34,713 bases of DNA from an uncultured euryarchaeote (GTDB lineage Archaea > Thermoplasmatota > Poseidoniia > Poseidoniales > Poseidoniaceae), in NCBI GenBank assembly GCA_937899865.1, contig CALBRH010000057.1, forward strand, positions 1-34,713. Direction: 5' to 3'. The notes beneath the pieces were generated by a model that saw only the letters and a program-made list of their open reading frames with translations, made no database searches and had not been told where the DNA came from. Both the position numbers and the translations under genes were made by a program. Position 1 is the stretch's first letter. Each line of letters starts with the position of its first letter. This document shows, one piece after another, positions 1 to 7,640 of the stretch.

Positions 1-1
1 G

Positions 2-229
2 CATTATGTGTTGTTCTTTAGATATTTTTAGCGAATAGATATTTTTCACTCTTTCTAGGTCAGCAGGTGCTTTTATGACTTCGAATCCCTGTTCAATCAA
101 CCAATTACCCTGTTCTCGAAGAATATCTCTCCCCCAGCACCAAATTTGTTGACTTAATAGGGCGACTCCGAATGAAACACGTTCATTGAGTTGAGTTTTA
201 GATATGGATTTATTGATATTGGCCGACAT
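2..229 (-). CDS. Hypothetical protein, partial (runs off the left edge)
   Basis: Hand-translated from ATG at 229: MSANINKSISKTQLNERVSFGVALLSQQIWCWGRDILREQGNWLIEQGFEVIKAPADLERVKNIYSLKISKEQHIM, open to the edge. A purine-rich AGGGG RBS lies upstream. It is absent from the ORF track because there is no stop codon in the window. Confidence 0.7.
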   Translation of the reverse strand, partial: MSANINKSISKTQLNERVSFGVALLSQQIWCWGRDILREQGNWLIEQGFEVIKAPADLERVKNIYSLKISKEQHIM

Positions 230-425
230 TCTAATCCCCTTTCAGACCGATATTTATCGAAATAATTACATCAGTTGTACTTCAAAAATTTCTTTGATGG
301 TTTTTCAAACAGCATTTCGAAGACTCCGCAGTATCTACTAACTATCAAAGGTTCATAAATTAGGTCACTCCAAGAAATTTCAAAACATAACAAAATGAAT
401 TAGTCACTGTGATTTATATTGAAAA

Positions 426-890
426 TCAGCCAACATTTGCTGGCATAGATGAGTGATGGAGTTGGATTCTTAGATTTCCATCACCATCTTGGATATAGCC
501 AAATGTATACTCAACCTTCACTTCATCACCTTCAGGGCTAGTAAAGAAATAATTGCCCATTGCCAGTGCAGTATTTCCATCGACAATTACATCAGAGTTT
601 TCGAATCGAACATCTTTCCAACCCTTGATTGCAAAGCCTTTATCTTCTGGGCAAGCATTATTCGATGCAACAAAATATGATAGTGCAGTATCAAAAGTTG
701 GTCTAAACTGATCTATTGCTGCTAAGGTAGGCTTGAATAATACTGGACCAATTTGGTATGCATATAAGCTGTTGACATGGTTACTGGCTATGCCAACATA
801 ATCTCCACCAGTGCTGTGTGCTGAAGCGATTGCCACAATACCTGCTCCCCATGCTTGCTGTGCACTTTCAACGTCAGATACATCAATCAT
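426..890 (-). CDS. Iota-class carbonic anhydrase-like protein (COG4337 type, NTF2-like fold)
   Basis: Motifs VLFKPTLA, ALSYFV, EDKGFA, AMGNYFF, KVEYTFGY and the C-terminal LHHSSMP match the HHSS-terminated iota-CA family. The likely start is ATG 890, with GAGGTGA 7 nt upstream (the ORF track starts at TTG 896). Confidence 0.75.
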   Translation of the reverse strand: MIDVSDVESAQQAWGAGIVAIASAHSTGGDYVGIASNHVNSLYAYQIGPVLFKPTLAAIDQFRPTFDTALSYFVASNNACPEDKGFAIKGWKDVRFENSDVIVDGNTALAMGNYFFTSPEGDEVKVEYTFGYIQDGDGNLRIQLHHSSMPANVG

Positions 891-952
891 CCTCAAATCA
901 CCTCTAAACTGCGGTTAAGTCGGTACCTTATCATTTTTCTATATGCGAGTAG

Positions 953-960
953 TTTAAAGA
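953..960 (+). promoter_or_regulatory. Archaeal TATA box for a probably leaderless SnoaL-like gene
   Basis: TTTAAAGA begins 29 nt upstream of ATG 982, and there is no SD next to the ATG. Confidence 0.5.
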
Positions 961-981
961 CAAGGAGACTTTGGGCAAATT

Positions 982-1332
982 ATGTCAATTATAACAGCAT
1001 ATAACGAGGCTTGGAAAAACGGAGATGTCGAAGCATTAGCAGAGGTAATCCATGATGAATTTGTGTTTAATCCACATGTTGGTGGAGTTACAATGGGTAA
1101 GTCTGATATTCTCGGATTTGCCGGTGGAGACGGTAGACCTACCTCTGAAAACGATAGAATTTTGTTTGAGAATGATGAAGTTGGAGTAGCACATTCAGTT
1201 GTTCACTTTGCTAACGGTTCTACATCAGAAGCAGTATTGTCTTTCATTAGATTCAAAGACGGCAAGATAGTATCCATGGAAACAGGCGCTACGCCGTTAT
1301 CTGATGATTACAAATTAGTTGGCCAAGAATGA
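982..1332 (+). CDS. SnoaL-like / NTF2-family protein
   Basis: 116 aa. The pattern YNEAWKNGDVEALAEVIHDEF...FIRFKDGKIV is typical of SnoaL-like domains. Its 3' end overlaps the convergent ncsA by 18 nt. Confidence 0.75.
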   Translation: MSIITAYNEAWKNGDVEALAEVIHDEFVFNPHVGGVTMGKSDILGFAGGDGRPTSENDRILFENDEVGVAHSVVHFANGSTSEAVLSFIRFKDGKIVSMETGATPLSDDYKLVGQE

Positions 1333-2346
1333 ACTATAGTTTGTTAACTCGTTTTTGACCATATCTCGCATTTCACATGCTTTGCATTGATTGTTAGACG
1401 TCATGGATGAACATTCTGGACATTCTTTTGGTGGATTTGGCCTAGATTCTTGTCCACCAAGTTCTAGGATTTGATCTCGCAACTCCTTGACATTGTCAGC
1501 CATACGAAGTAATCCGTGTCGAGTTCCAGGTACATCAGCTTCCATTGTGGCAACCATTTCTCTGTGCCGCCATCTAAGTGCACCACGTGCATGGGGGCAC
1601 TCTTCGTGATGAATTGGAAGATTTTTATGTACTGCATATAGGTGAATTTCTTGTTCTGGAATCCATCTCAGCGGTACAATTCTTGGTGGCATACCATCGA
1701 TTGGAGTATTGGTATGAGGTGCAAGCCTCAAGGTTCTTTCCAAGTCTCCATTTGACATATTCATCAGCACAGTTTGAGCCATATCGTCTAGGTTGTGGCC
1801 AAGAGCCATTACGTCTGCGTTGACTTTCTTTGCTAAGTGATTGATTCCTTGTCTTCTAAAGACTCCACAATATGAACAAGGCATACTAGGTGCACCAGGG
1901 TTCTTTTCAGTCATTCCAGGAATGAGTTTAGATACCGTGTCCATTTCTTCAAAACCAAGTTCTTTGTAAGATACAGTAACAAATTCAACACCCAAGCGTT
2001 CACAAAGATCGATTGCGCATTGCAATGAAGGAGGCCTGTATCCTTCAATGCCTTCATCAACCGTTCCAGCAATGATAGTTACATCAGGTCTAACGCCGAT
2101 TATGTCTACAAGTAATTCAAGCAAAGCTGCGGAGTCTTTACCTCCAGATATTGCGACAAAAATGGTGTTATGCTGCCCTTTTTTCAAAACTAATTGTTTA
2201 CGCAACTCTTTGGCGACTTTCTTTCTAATTGATTTAGCAAGATGGTGGCCGCACAAAATTCTGCCAGAGTAGGCCTGTTCAATCACTGCAGGTTTGCCAC
2301 ATACGTCACAAGAGGGAATCTCGAGACCTACTTTGCTGTCTGCCAT
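1315..2346 (-). CDS. ncsA: tRNA 2-thiolation protein, TtuA/Ctu1/NcsA family (TIGR00269-like)
   Basis: PP-loop SGGKDS, central CSYC, GHNLDD, N-terminal CxxC...C-x-x-H zinc finger and C-terminal CPEC/CKAC zinc finger. Confidence 0.9.
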   Translation of the reverse strand: MADSKVGLEIPSCDVCGKPAVIEQAYSGRILCGHHLAKSIRKKVAKELRKQLVLKKGQHNTIFVAISGGKDSAALLELLVDIIGVRPDVTIIAGTVDEGIEGYRPPSLQCAIDLCERLGVEFVTVSYKELGFEEMDTVSKLIPGMTEKNPGAPSMPCSYCGVFRRQGINHLAKKVNADVMALGHNLDDMAQTVLMNMSNGDLERTLRLAPHTNTPIDGMPPRIVPLRWIPEQEIHLYAVHKNLPIHHEECPHARGALRWRHREMVATMEADVPGTRHGLLRMADNVKELRDQILELGGQESRPNPPKECPECSSMTSNNQCKACEMRDMVKNELTNYSSFLAN

Positions 2347-2420
2347 GAATTACCGTGAAACTACTCTCGTTTGAGTTAATCGCTTCAAAAATCCCCCTTA
2401 GTCGGCAAGATTTAAACTAA

Positions 2421-2604
2421 AATTTTCCAATTGAAAAATTAAATTTCTAATTGGAAATTTATTTTCCGAATAAAAACTATTTTTACCAATTTCTTGACTG
2501 TTTATAGACGCGGAAATCGTCGCCGAAGTCTTTTTCCGCGTGAAATTTTATTGTTAACCAGTTGGAAATTTGATTTTACCCACTAAATCCCCCCGTAGGG
2601 GGGA
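2421..2604. repeat. Cluster of imperfect palindromes (consensus about AAWTTTCCAATTGGAAAWTT), a 9-bp inverted repeat and a C6/G6 hairpin
   Basis: 2421-2440 aattttccaattgaaaaatt and 2441-2460 aaatttctaattggaaattt are abutting 20-mers, each palindromic with one mismatched pair. Degenerate copies lie at 2531-2549 and 2552-2571. acgcggaaa (2508-2516) pairs with tttccgcgt (2533-2541). tccccccgtagggggga lies at 2588-2604. Confidence 0.8.
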
Positions 2605-2657
2605 AAAAACGCAAAACTTCTTGAAGCCTACAACGCTGACAAGCATTTTGAGCGACT

Positions 2658-2999
2658 ATGTTACAACGTATTCTGGCAGGTCTTACCAAGACAGAAGGTG
2701 TTGAACAAGCGATGCTACTTGACGAGCGTGGTGCGCTACTTGCTTGTGTTGGTGATGAGGGTAAAACTCCTCCAGTCGATGCTGCTATTGAAGTGACCAA
2801 TATGGCTTCTGAACTTTGTTCTGCGCTTGAACTTGGAGAATTGTATGAAGTTTGGTGCGAGGGTAAGGAGCGTATGATGATCGATATTGCTCGACCAGGC
2901 CGTATAGTAGTCCTCACAGGTCGAGGCGGTCGTCTAGCAAGATGGCGACATGCTCTAGATCGTAACCGCAAGATAATTGCAACAACCCCACAGATGTGA
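2658..2999 (+). CDS. Stand-alone Roadblock/LC7 (MglB-like) domain protein
   Basis: 113 aa with the classic Roadblock opening LxxLxxxEGVxxAxLxDxxGxxL, followed by a helix and beta-strands (ELYEVWCEG, MMIDI, RIVVLT). Confidence 0.75.
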   Translation: MLQRILAGLTKTEGVEQAMLLDERGALLACVGDEGKTPPVDAAIEVTNMASELCSALELGELYEVWCEGKERMMIDIARPGRIVVLTGRGGRLARWRHALDRNRKIIATTPQM

Positions 3000-3003
3000 T
3001 ATT

Positions 3004-6000
3004 ATGTTTGATTTACCAAAAGGCATAACCGTAGAAGAAGAAATAGACGTCTCTGAAGGCGTGATTCAGCCGTTTACTCATGGAGTGATAAGCACATGGA
3101 TTGGCAAGCGAAAAACTCCAGCTGGCCATAGAATCGTTAGAGCAGGACGTGTTGTTGGTTATTTGGCTGAGAGTGAGAAAGCATCGATACTTCTTGGTGG
3201 AGCAGAGGCTAAGGCTAGATTGTTTGAAATCGAAGCAGAAGGAATGTGTCGATTTGAGGCTGAGAGTTATTCAATGGTCGGACTGGGTGCTATTGCAGAA
3301 GTGGTTCCTGAAGCATTTGAACATCCAGCAGATGCTCAAGGATTATTAGCAAGAGGCGATACAGTAGAGCGATTATTATCTCGTGATCTTTCAGTTGTGT
3401 TAGCAAAATTGGTTGAAAATGTTACAGTCAGAGGGGCTATTGCGGTAGATTCTGGAATGTTGATTGATTCAGCAGGAGAACTACCAACTGATGGCGAACA
3501 ATTGGCTAAAGAAGTTGGGGAGACCATTGTCGGTAGAGAAAAAGTCGCTAAAGGATTAGGTTTCTCAAATAGCGGCCATTGGACTTTGCATACTGGTGAT
3601 GGAGCGTTATTACTCGCTCATACAGGAGAAATTGCAATAGCCGTTTGGACTGAGGCAAATGCCAATCATACAAGGCTGGTTAATGCAGCAGTCGCTGCCT
3701 TAGAAGGAGAGATTGTTGAGGCTGCAGGCACTAGTGAGCCAATACCTGATGGTTTTGTTCTAAGAGAAGGAAAAGGTGGCGCAGATGCTGTGTTATCTAT
3801 GCTCACTGATGCGCTTGAAGAGGAAGTTACTGGACATATTCAAGCCGGAAAGTCATCTAAGGCCGTAAGTTTGTTATTGTCCAGAGGTGTTCCAGTTGGT
3901 ATTTTTGCACCAAGTGCAGAATCCTTCGAAGAAGCAGTTCTCGGTTTAACTGAAGCAAAGCGAGTAATTCGCCTACATAGATTGCCAGCAGGAACAATCC
4001 TTTCAAAGGAATCTGGCACAGTTCATGATTTTTCACTGTCATACTTCAAGGATTTATTAGTCACGGTTAGAACTCGCTCGGAAAGTCGTAGAGCAAACCT
4101 AACTCATCGTTTGAACAATTTAATCGGATTTGAAATCGGTATGGAAAATTTACGAATCGCTCGTTCAAAAGCTAAATTCTCTCAAATCACCGAAGCCGTT
4201 ACTAAAGGTCTTGACGATATTGAGGTTGCACCAGTACCAGGTATTGATGCAGGATTAAGACGTAGACTTGAATCAGCAGAAATTCGCATAGATGAGTTGG
4301 AAAAAGAAAAAACCCATCTATCGAATAAATTATCTGAATCAGAAACTTCAAGAAAAGCCGCTGAGATAAAAACTAGAGAAGCAGTTGAAACTCGTAATAT
4401 GCAAATGGAGAGTGTCGAGAATGTTAATTCAGAAATTAATTCAATGCAGGTTCAATTAGCCGAAGCAAGAAACCGTAGTGAAGATGCCGAATCGAGAGCG
4501 GAAAAACTGGTTAAGCGAGTCAATGAGTTAGAGCATCAAGTCAGCGTCAGAGCTACTGAATTGGCTAAAGCTTTGGGTGAAACAGAATCAAGTGAGAAAT
4601 TAAGACAATCGATCGAGGAAATGGCACTCAAGGAAGCGGGTCTAAATGCAGATTTAACTGATGCGAGTGAAAAATTGTCTACCATACGACAGCAAACTGA
4701 AGATGATGAAAGAAGGTTGAGGGTTTTGCAAGAACAAGTTGCAGCAACTCGAGAACGGCACGCAAGAGCCCAAGCAGAGGCTATGAAAGAAGAAGAGCGA
4801 GTCAATAAGAGCAAAACTGAACTTGAGATGCTTGAATCTGAAGCCAAGGTAGCACGGAGGCGGGCAGAAGATGAAAGATTGCGGCTAAGTACTGATGAAG
4901 CGAGATTTGCCCATATTCAAGGTGAAATGCGTCAACTGATGGAAGAGCGTAGAAATCTTTTGCGAGAGTTAGGTGACTTAAGTGCAAAGCGTGGTCATGC
5001 TGAAGGAGAGTTAACGATTTTATTGGAAAAAGCAGAAGCGTTGGCTGAGGCTCACGAAGAAGCACTAACTGACATTAATGAGGCAGAACGAATTAGAGCA
5101 AGGCTTGCTGAAGAACCTCTTGCTCAAGCCTTATTGGATGATGCATCAACATTCGAAGGGCTTGCTCCAGTATTGGAGCGTTTGGAGAGGTCTCGCAGCC
5201 TTGGATACTCAGTCACGTTGTTAGACAGAGCAGTAGAACGTGCTCTACAAGTAATTCAAAAGACAGTTGATCATGTTGCTGCGACACCTCGATACTTACT
5301 TTCAAGCGAAGTTATGGAATTATTAGAGCGTCAAGTTCCACAAACTGCTGGTGCAGTAAGAGGTCTTTCTCGTTGGTCAGTTCAACAGAGGCTCGAACAT
5401 CAATTAGGAGAAACAGTCGGCCACCTAGTAATCGATTTGGAAAGGTTACTCGAGGATTATGACCATTCAATAACTATGCTTAGAAGGTTGAGGAATGTCC
5501 TTGAACAACTAACTCGATTAGGTGCACCTCCACACGAAGTAGAGACTTTGATGTCTAATTGTAATCGTCCAGAATCTTTACCACATATTGCTCAATCAAC
5601 AAGAAAACTAATACAAAATGCTCTAGATGACATATACCTAGAATCCGACCAAAGAGATGCAGGTGAAGCAATTGCTCTCGAAGAAACCGCACGTGTTCTT
5701 GAGGAATTGATCACTCAAATCGACGCTTCCGGCTTGGCAAGTGGTTCTCCAACCGGATTGTTGTGGGACTTCCAAAGAGATGGATTATTACCGTATGAAC
5801 GAGAAGTTGTCGACCCTGCACAAAAGACTCCAGTTGATGAAGAGATGGTCAAACACATGGAATCCAATATATCAGGCGATTTGGTTGAACAGGATGAACC
5901 TCAAGTGGTTGAAGTCGATGAAGATGGTTGGGAAGTATTGGAATTACCTAGCGATGATGAACATGAAGACGAAGAAGAAGTCGAAATTGTTGAGTTACAA

Positions 6001-6147
6001 CCGATCAGTGATGATGATGAAAGAGCTGAATTAGATGCTGAATTAGCCCGGATAGATGCATCTTGGAAGCATCGCAGCGAACCATCTAAGGTATCAGATG
6101 ATGCTTTAGGAGATTTAGAATCAAAACTTTCTGAGCTAGATATCTAG
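3004..6147 (+). CDS. Large multidomain protein: DUF2226-like, Roadblock, DUF2226-like, long coiled coil, helical region, acidic tail
   Basis: Likely start is ATG 3004, 4 nt after the upstream stop. Numbering from the track ORF: aa ~10-114 (LPKG...GVIS...AGRVVGY...PEA) and ~255-345 (IPDG...TGHIQ...RGVPVGI) resemble each other; ~137-243 is Roadblock-like (VRGAIAVDSGMLIDSAG); ~425-715 is E/K/R/A-rich heptad sequence; the C-terminus is D/E-rich. No Walker A motif. Confidence 0.7.
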   Translation: MFDLPKGITVEEEIDVSEGVIQPFTHGVISTWIGKRKTPAGHRIVRAGRVVGYLAESEKASILLGGAEAKARLFEIEAEGMCRFEAESYSMVGLGAIAEVVPEAFEHPADAQGLLARGDTVERLLSRDLSVVLAKLVENVTVRGAIAVDSGMLIDSAGELPTDGEQLAKEVGETIVGREKVAKGLGFSNSGHWTLHTGDGALLLAHTGEIAIAVWTEANANHTRLVNAAVAALEGEIVEAAGTSEPIPDGFVLREGKGGADAVLSMLTDALEEEVTGHIQAGKSSKAVSLLLSRGVPVGIFAPSAESFEEAVLGLTEAKRVIRLHRLPAGTILSKESGTVHDFSLSYFKDLLVTVRTRSESRRANLTHRLNNLIGFEIGMENLRIARSKAKFSQITEAVTKGLDDIEVAPVPGIDAGLRRRLESAEIRIDELEKEKTHLSNKLSESETSRKAAEIKTREAVETRNMQMESVENVNSEINSMQVQLAEARNRSEDAESRAEKLVKRVNELEHQVSVRATELAKALGETESSEKLRQSIEEMALKEAGLNADLTDASEKLSTIRQQTEDDERRLRVLQEQVAATRERHARAQAEAMKEEERVNKSKTELEMLESEAKVARRRAEDERLRLSTDEARFAHIQGEMRQLMEERRNLLRELGDLSAKRGHAEGELTILLEKAEALAEAHEEALTDINEAERIRARLAEEPLAQALLDDASTFEGLAPVLERLERSRSLGYSVTLLDRAVERALQVIQKTVDHVAATPRYLLSSEVMELLERQVPQTAGAVRGLSRWSVQQRLEHQLGETVGHLVIDLERLLEDYDHSITMLRRLRNVLEQLTRLGAPPHEVETLMSNCNRPESLPHIAQSTRKLIQNALDDIYLESDQRDAGEAIALEETARVLEELITQIDASGLASGSPTGLLWDFQRDGLLPYEREVVDPAQKTPVDEEMVKHMESNISGDLVEQDEPQVVEVDEDGWEVLELPSDDEHEDEEEVEIVELQPISDDDERAELDAELARIDASWKHRSEPSKVSDDALGDLESKLSELDI

Positions 6148-6158
6148 GTGTGGGTCTA

Positions 6159-6407
6159 ATGACCGATAATCAGGCTACAACCCTCTTAGGACGAGATGAG
6201 GTAATTGGTAGAAAGTATCCAATTTTCTTAGAACGAATTGTGTTTGTAATAATTGTTGTAGTATTTATTTTAGGATATGAAGAAGTAAGAGATAGAACTG
6301 GTGATGGAATGATTTCTATTATCAGTACTTGGTGCTTATTTCCATTCATACTATTGTTTAGTGCTGAAATGATTGGGCGAGTCATTCAAGCGATTAATCG
6401 AGACTAA
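6159..6407 (+). CDS. Small membrane protein (2 TM), hypothetical
   Basis: Two hydrophobic segments (IVFVIIVVVFILGY; IISTWCLFPFILLFSA). AGGTG SD fits ATG 6159 (the track starts at GTG 6150). It follows the coiled-coil gene directly. Confidence 0.7.
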   Translation: MTDNQATTLLGRDEVIGRKYPIFLERIVFVIIVVVFILGYEEVRDRTGDGMISIISTWCLFPFILLFSAEMIGRVIQAINRD

Positions 6408-7639
6408 ATTTGGAAATCAACAAATTCTTTTTCATTAGTACTCTTTGTTGGGGCATCGGAATTTTTTGTTCTAAGAGAATAAGTGAATCCCCAAATTCTC
6501 TGCCATGGAATTAAGAATCTAAATAATGCCATAATAGAGAGGAACATTACTGCTGAAATTACTAATCCATAGGTTAGAGATAATTCGATTGATTCTGAAA
6601 CTTGACCTGCCCATTGGCTTCCAGTAGTATCACTTACCAAACTCAATAGAACACTATGGAATCCTAATGCAACCATAGTGGCAAGACCAGTTAGCCCAAG
6701 GAAACCAAATGTGTGAACTAAGTGTGTGTTTAGCATATTATCCATTTGAGTCACATATTCGGGGTCTCTCTTACATGATTCAGGCAATCTGAAAGCATAT
6801 TCAAGATACTTGATTACTCCAAATGCTGATTCTTGGAATACTAATATTAGAACTGCGATCAAAATCAAATCAAATTGTTCATTGGTAACTAAATCTATGC
6901 CGAAAAAGCCGATAGTTGGTTGAGATATTTGAGATTCAAGCGTAGCAAGAGCGCCACCATAATCGCCAAGTTGTGCTTTGATTAGTGGGAATGTTAGGAT
7001 AGCATGAATACCCAAAAATAGCAAAGTAAAGCCAATAGCCCAAGCAATAGATTTTCTTGATAAGCCCCATATTCCTCTTGAGCCCATGATTATTGGTAGT
7101 AAGTAAACGAACATGATTAGTAGCGACATTATCATCAGCAATGGCCACTCTAAAGTCTGTAATTCTCCATCGTCAGGTAGTCTCAAATCAAAAGAGAATA
7201 ACATTCCGGTTAACCAACCGAGTAATAATCTACCTACAAGTAGCGATATTAGTCCAATTATGAAACCTAATTTGATTCTCTGTTGGGTTTTAGGAGTTTG
7301 ATAAGCGATTAATGCCATCATTCCACCAACTCCCAAACCTATTGCTAATGGGACGAAAAATCTTGCAAGACCAGTTCTACCTTGACCGGTAAACCAATCG
7401 CCTAATGGTAGATCATCACCGATTAGTGATTCAATAGACGCAAATAGCATTGTGTGGTCAATAGAGCCTACTACATATGTTGATACAACTTCTAGATACA
7501 TGCCAACTAGTGCTGCAGTTGCAATAATTTGTAGTGTGATAATTTGCCATTGTCTTCGTAGTGTCTTGAGATGAAGAGTTCTTGCTCTAGCACTATCCAA
7601 GATTGTTACATCACCCTGAACTTGTACATCATCAGCCAA
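6404..7639 (-). CDS. Polytopic membrane protein, hypothetical
   Basis: 411 aa with about 9-10 hydrophobic segments. It starts 1 nt after the DUF58 stop, so it is probably the same operon. Confidence 0.75.
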   Translation of the reverse strand: MADDVQVQGDVTILDSARARTLHLKTLRRQWQIITLQIIATAALVGMYLEVVSTYVVGSIDHTMLFASIESLIGDDLPLGDWFTGQGRTGLARFFVPLAIGLGVGGMMALIAYQTPKTQQRIKLGFIIGLISLLVGRLLLGWLTGMLFSFDLRLPDDGELQTLEWPLLMIMSLLIMFVYLLPIIMGSRGIWGLSRKSIAWAIGFTLLFLGIHAILTFPLIKAQLGDYGGALATLESQISQPTIGFFGIDLVTNEQFDLILIAVLILVFQESAFGVIKYLEYAFRLPESCKRDPEYVTQMDNMLNTHLVHTFGFLGLTGLATMVALGFHSVLLSLVSDTTGSQWAGQVSESIELSLTYGLVISAVMFLSIMALFRFLIPWQRIWGFTYSLRTKNSDAPTKSTNEKEFVDFQI

Positions 7640-7640
7640 T

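Noticed and set aside
2421-2571. CRISPR array
   Set aside because: The repeats are short, degenerate and abutting, with no regular unique spacers and no cas genes.
2576-2971. 131-aa minus-strand ORF
   Set aside because: It is an antisense shadow of the Roadblock gene with low-complexity S/R/P composition and no motif.
3004-6147. Calling the large coiled-coil protein an SMC/Rad50 or chemoreceptor
   Set aside because: No Walker A/B, signature motif, hinge or zinc hook, and no TM or MCP hairpin signature.
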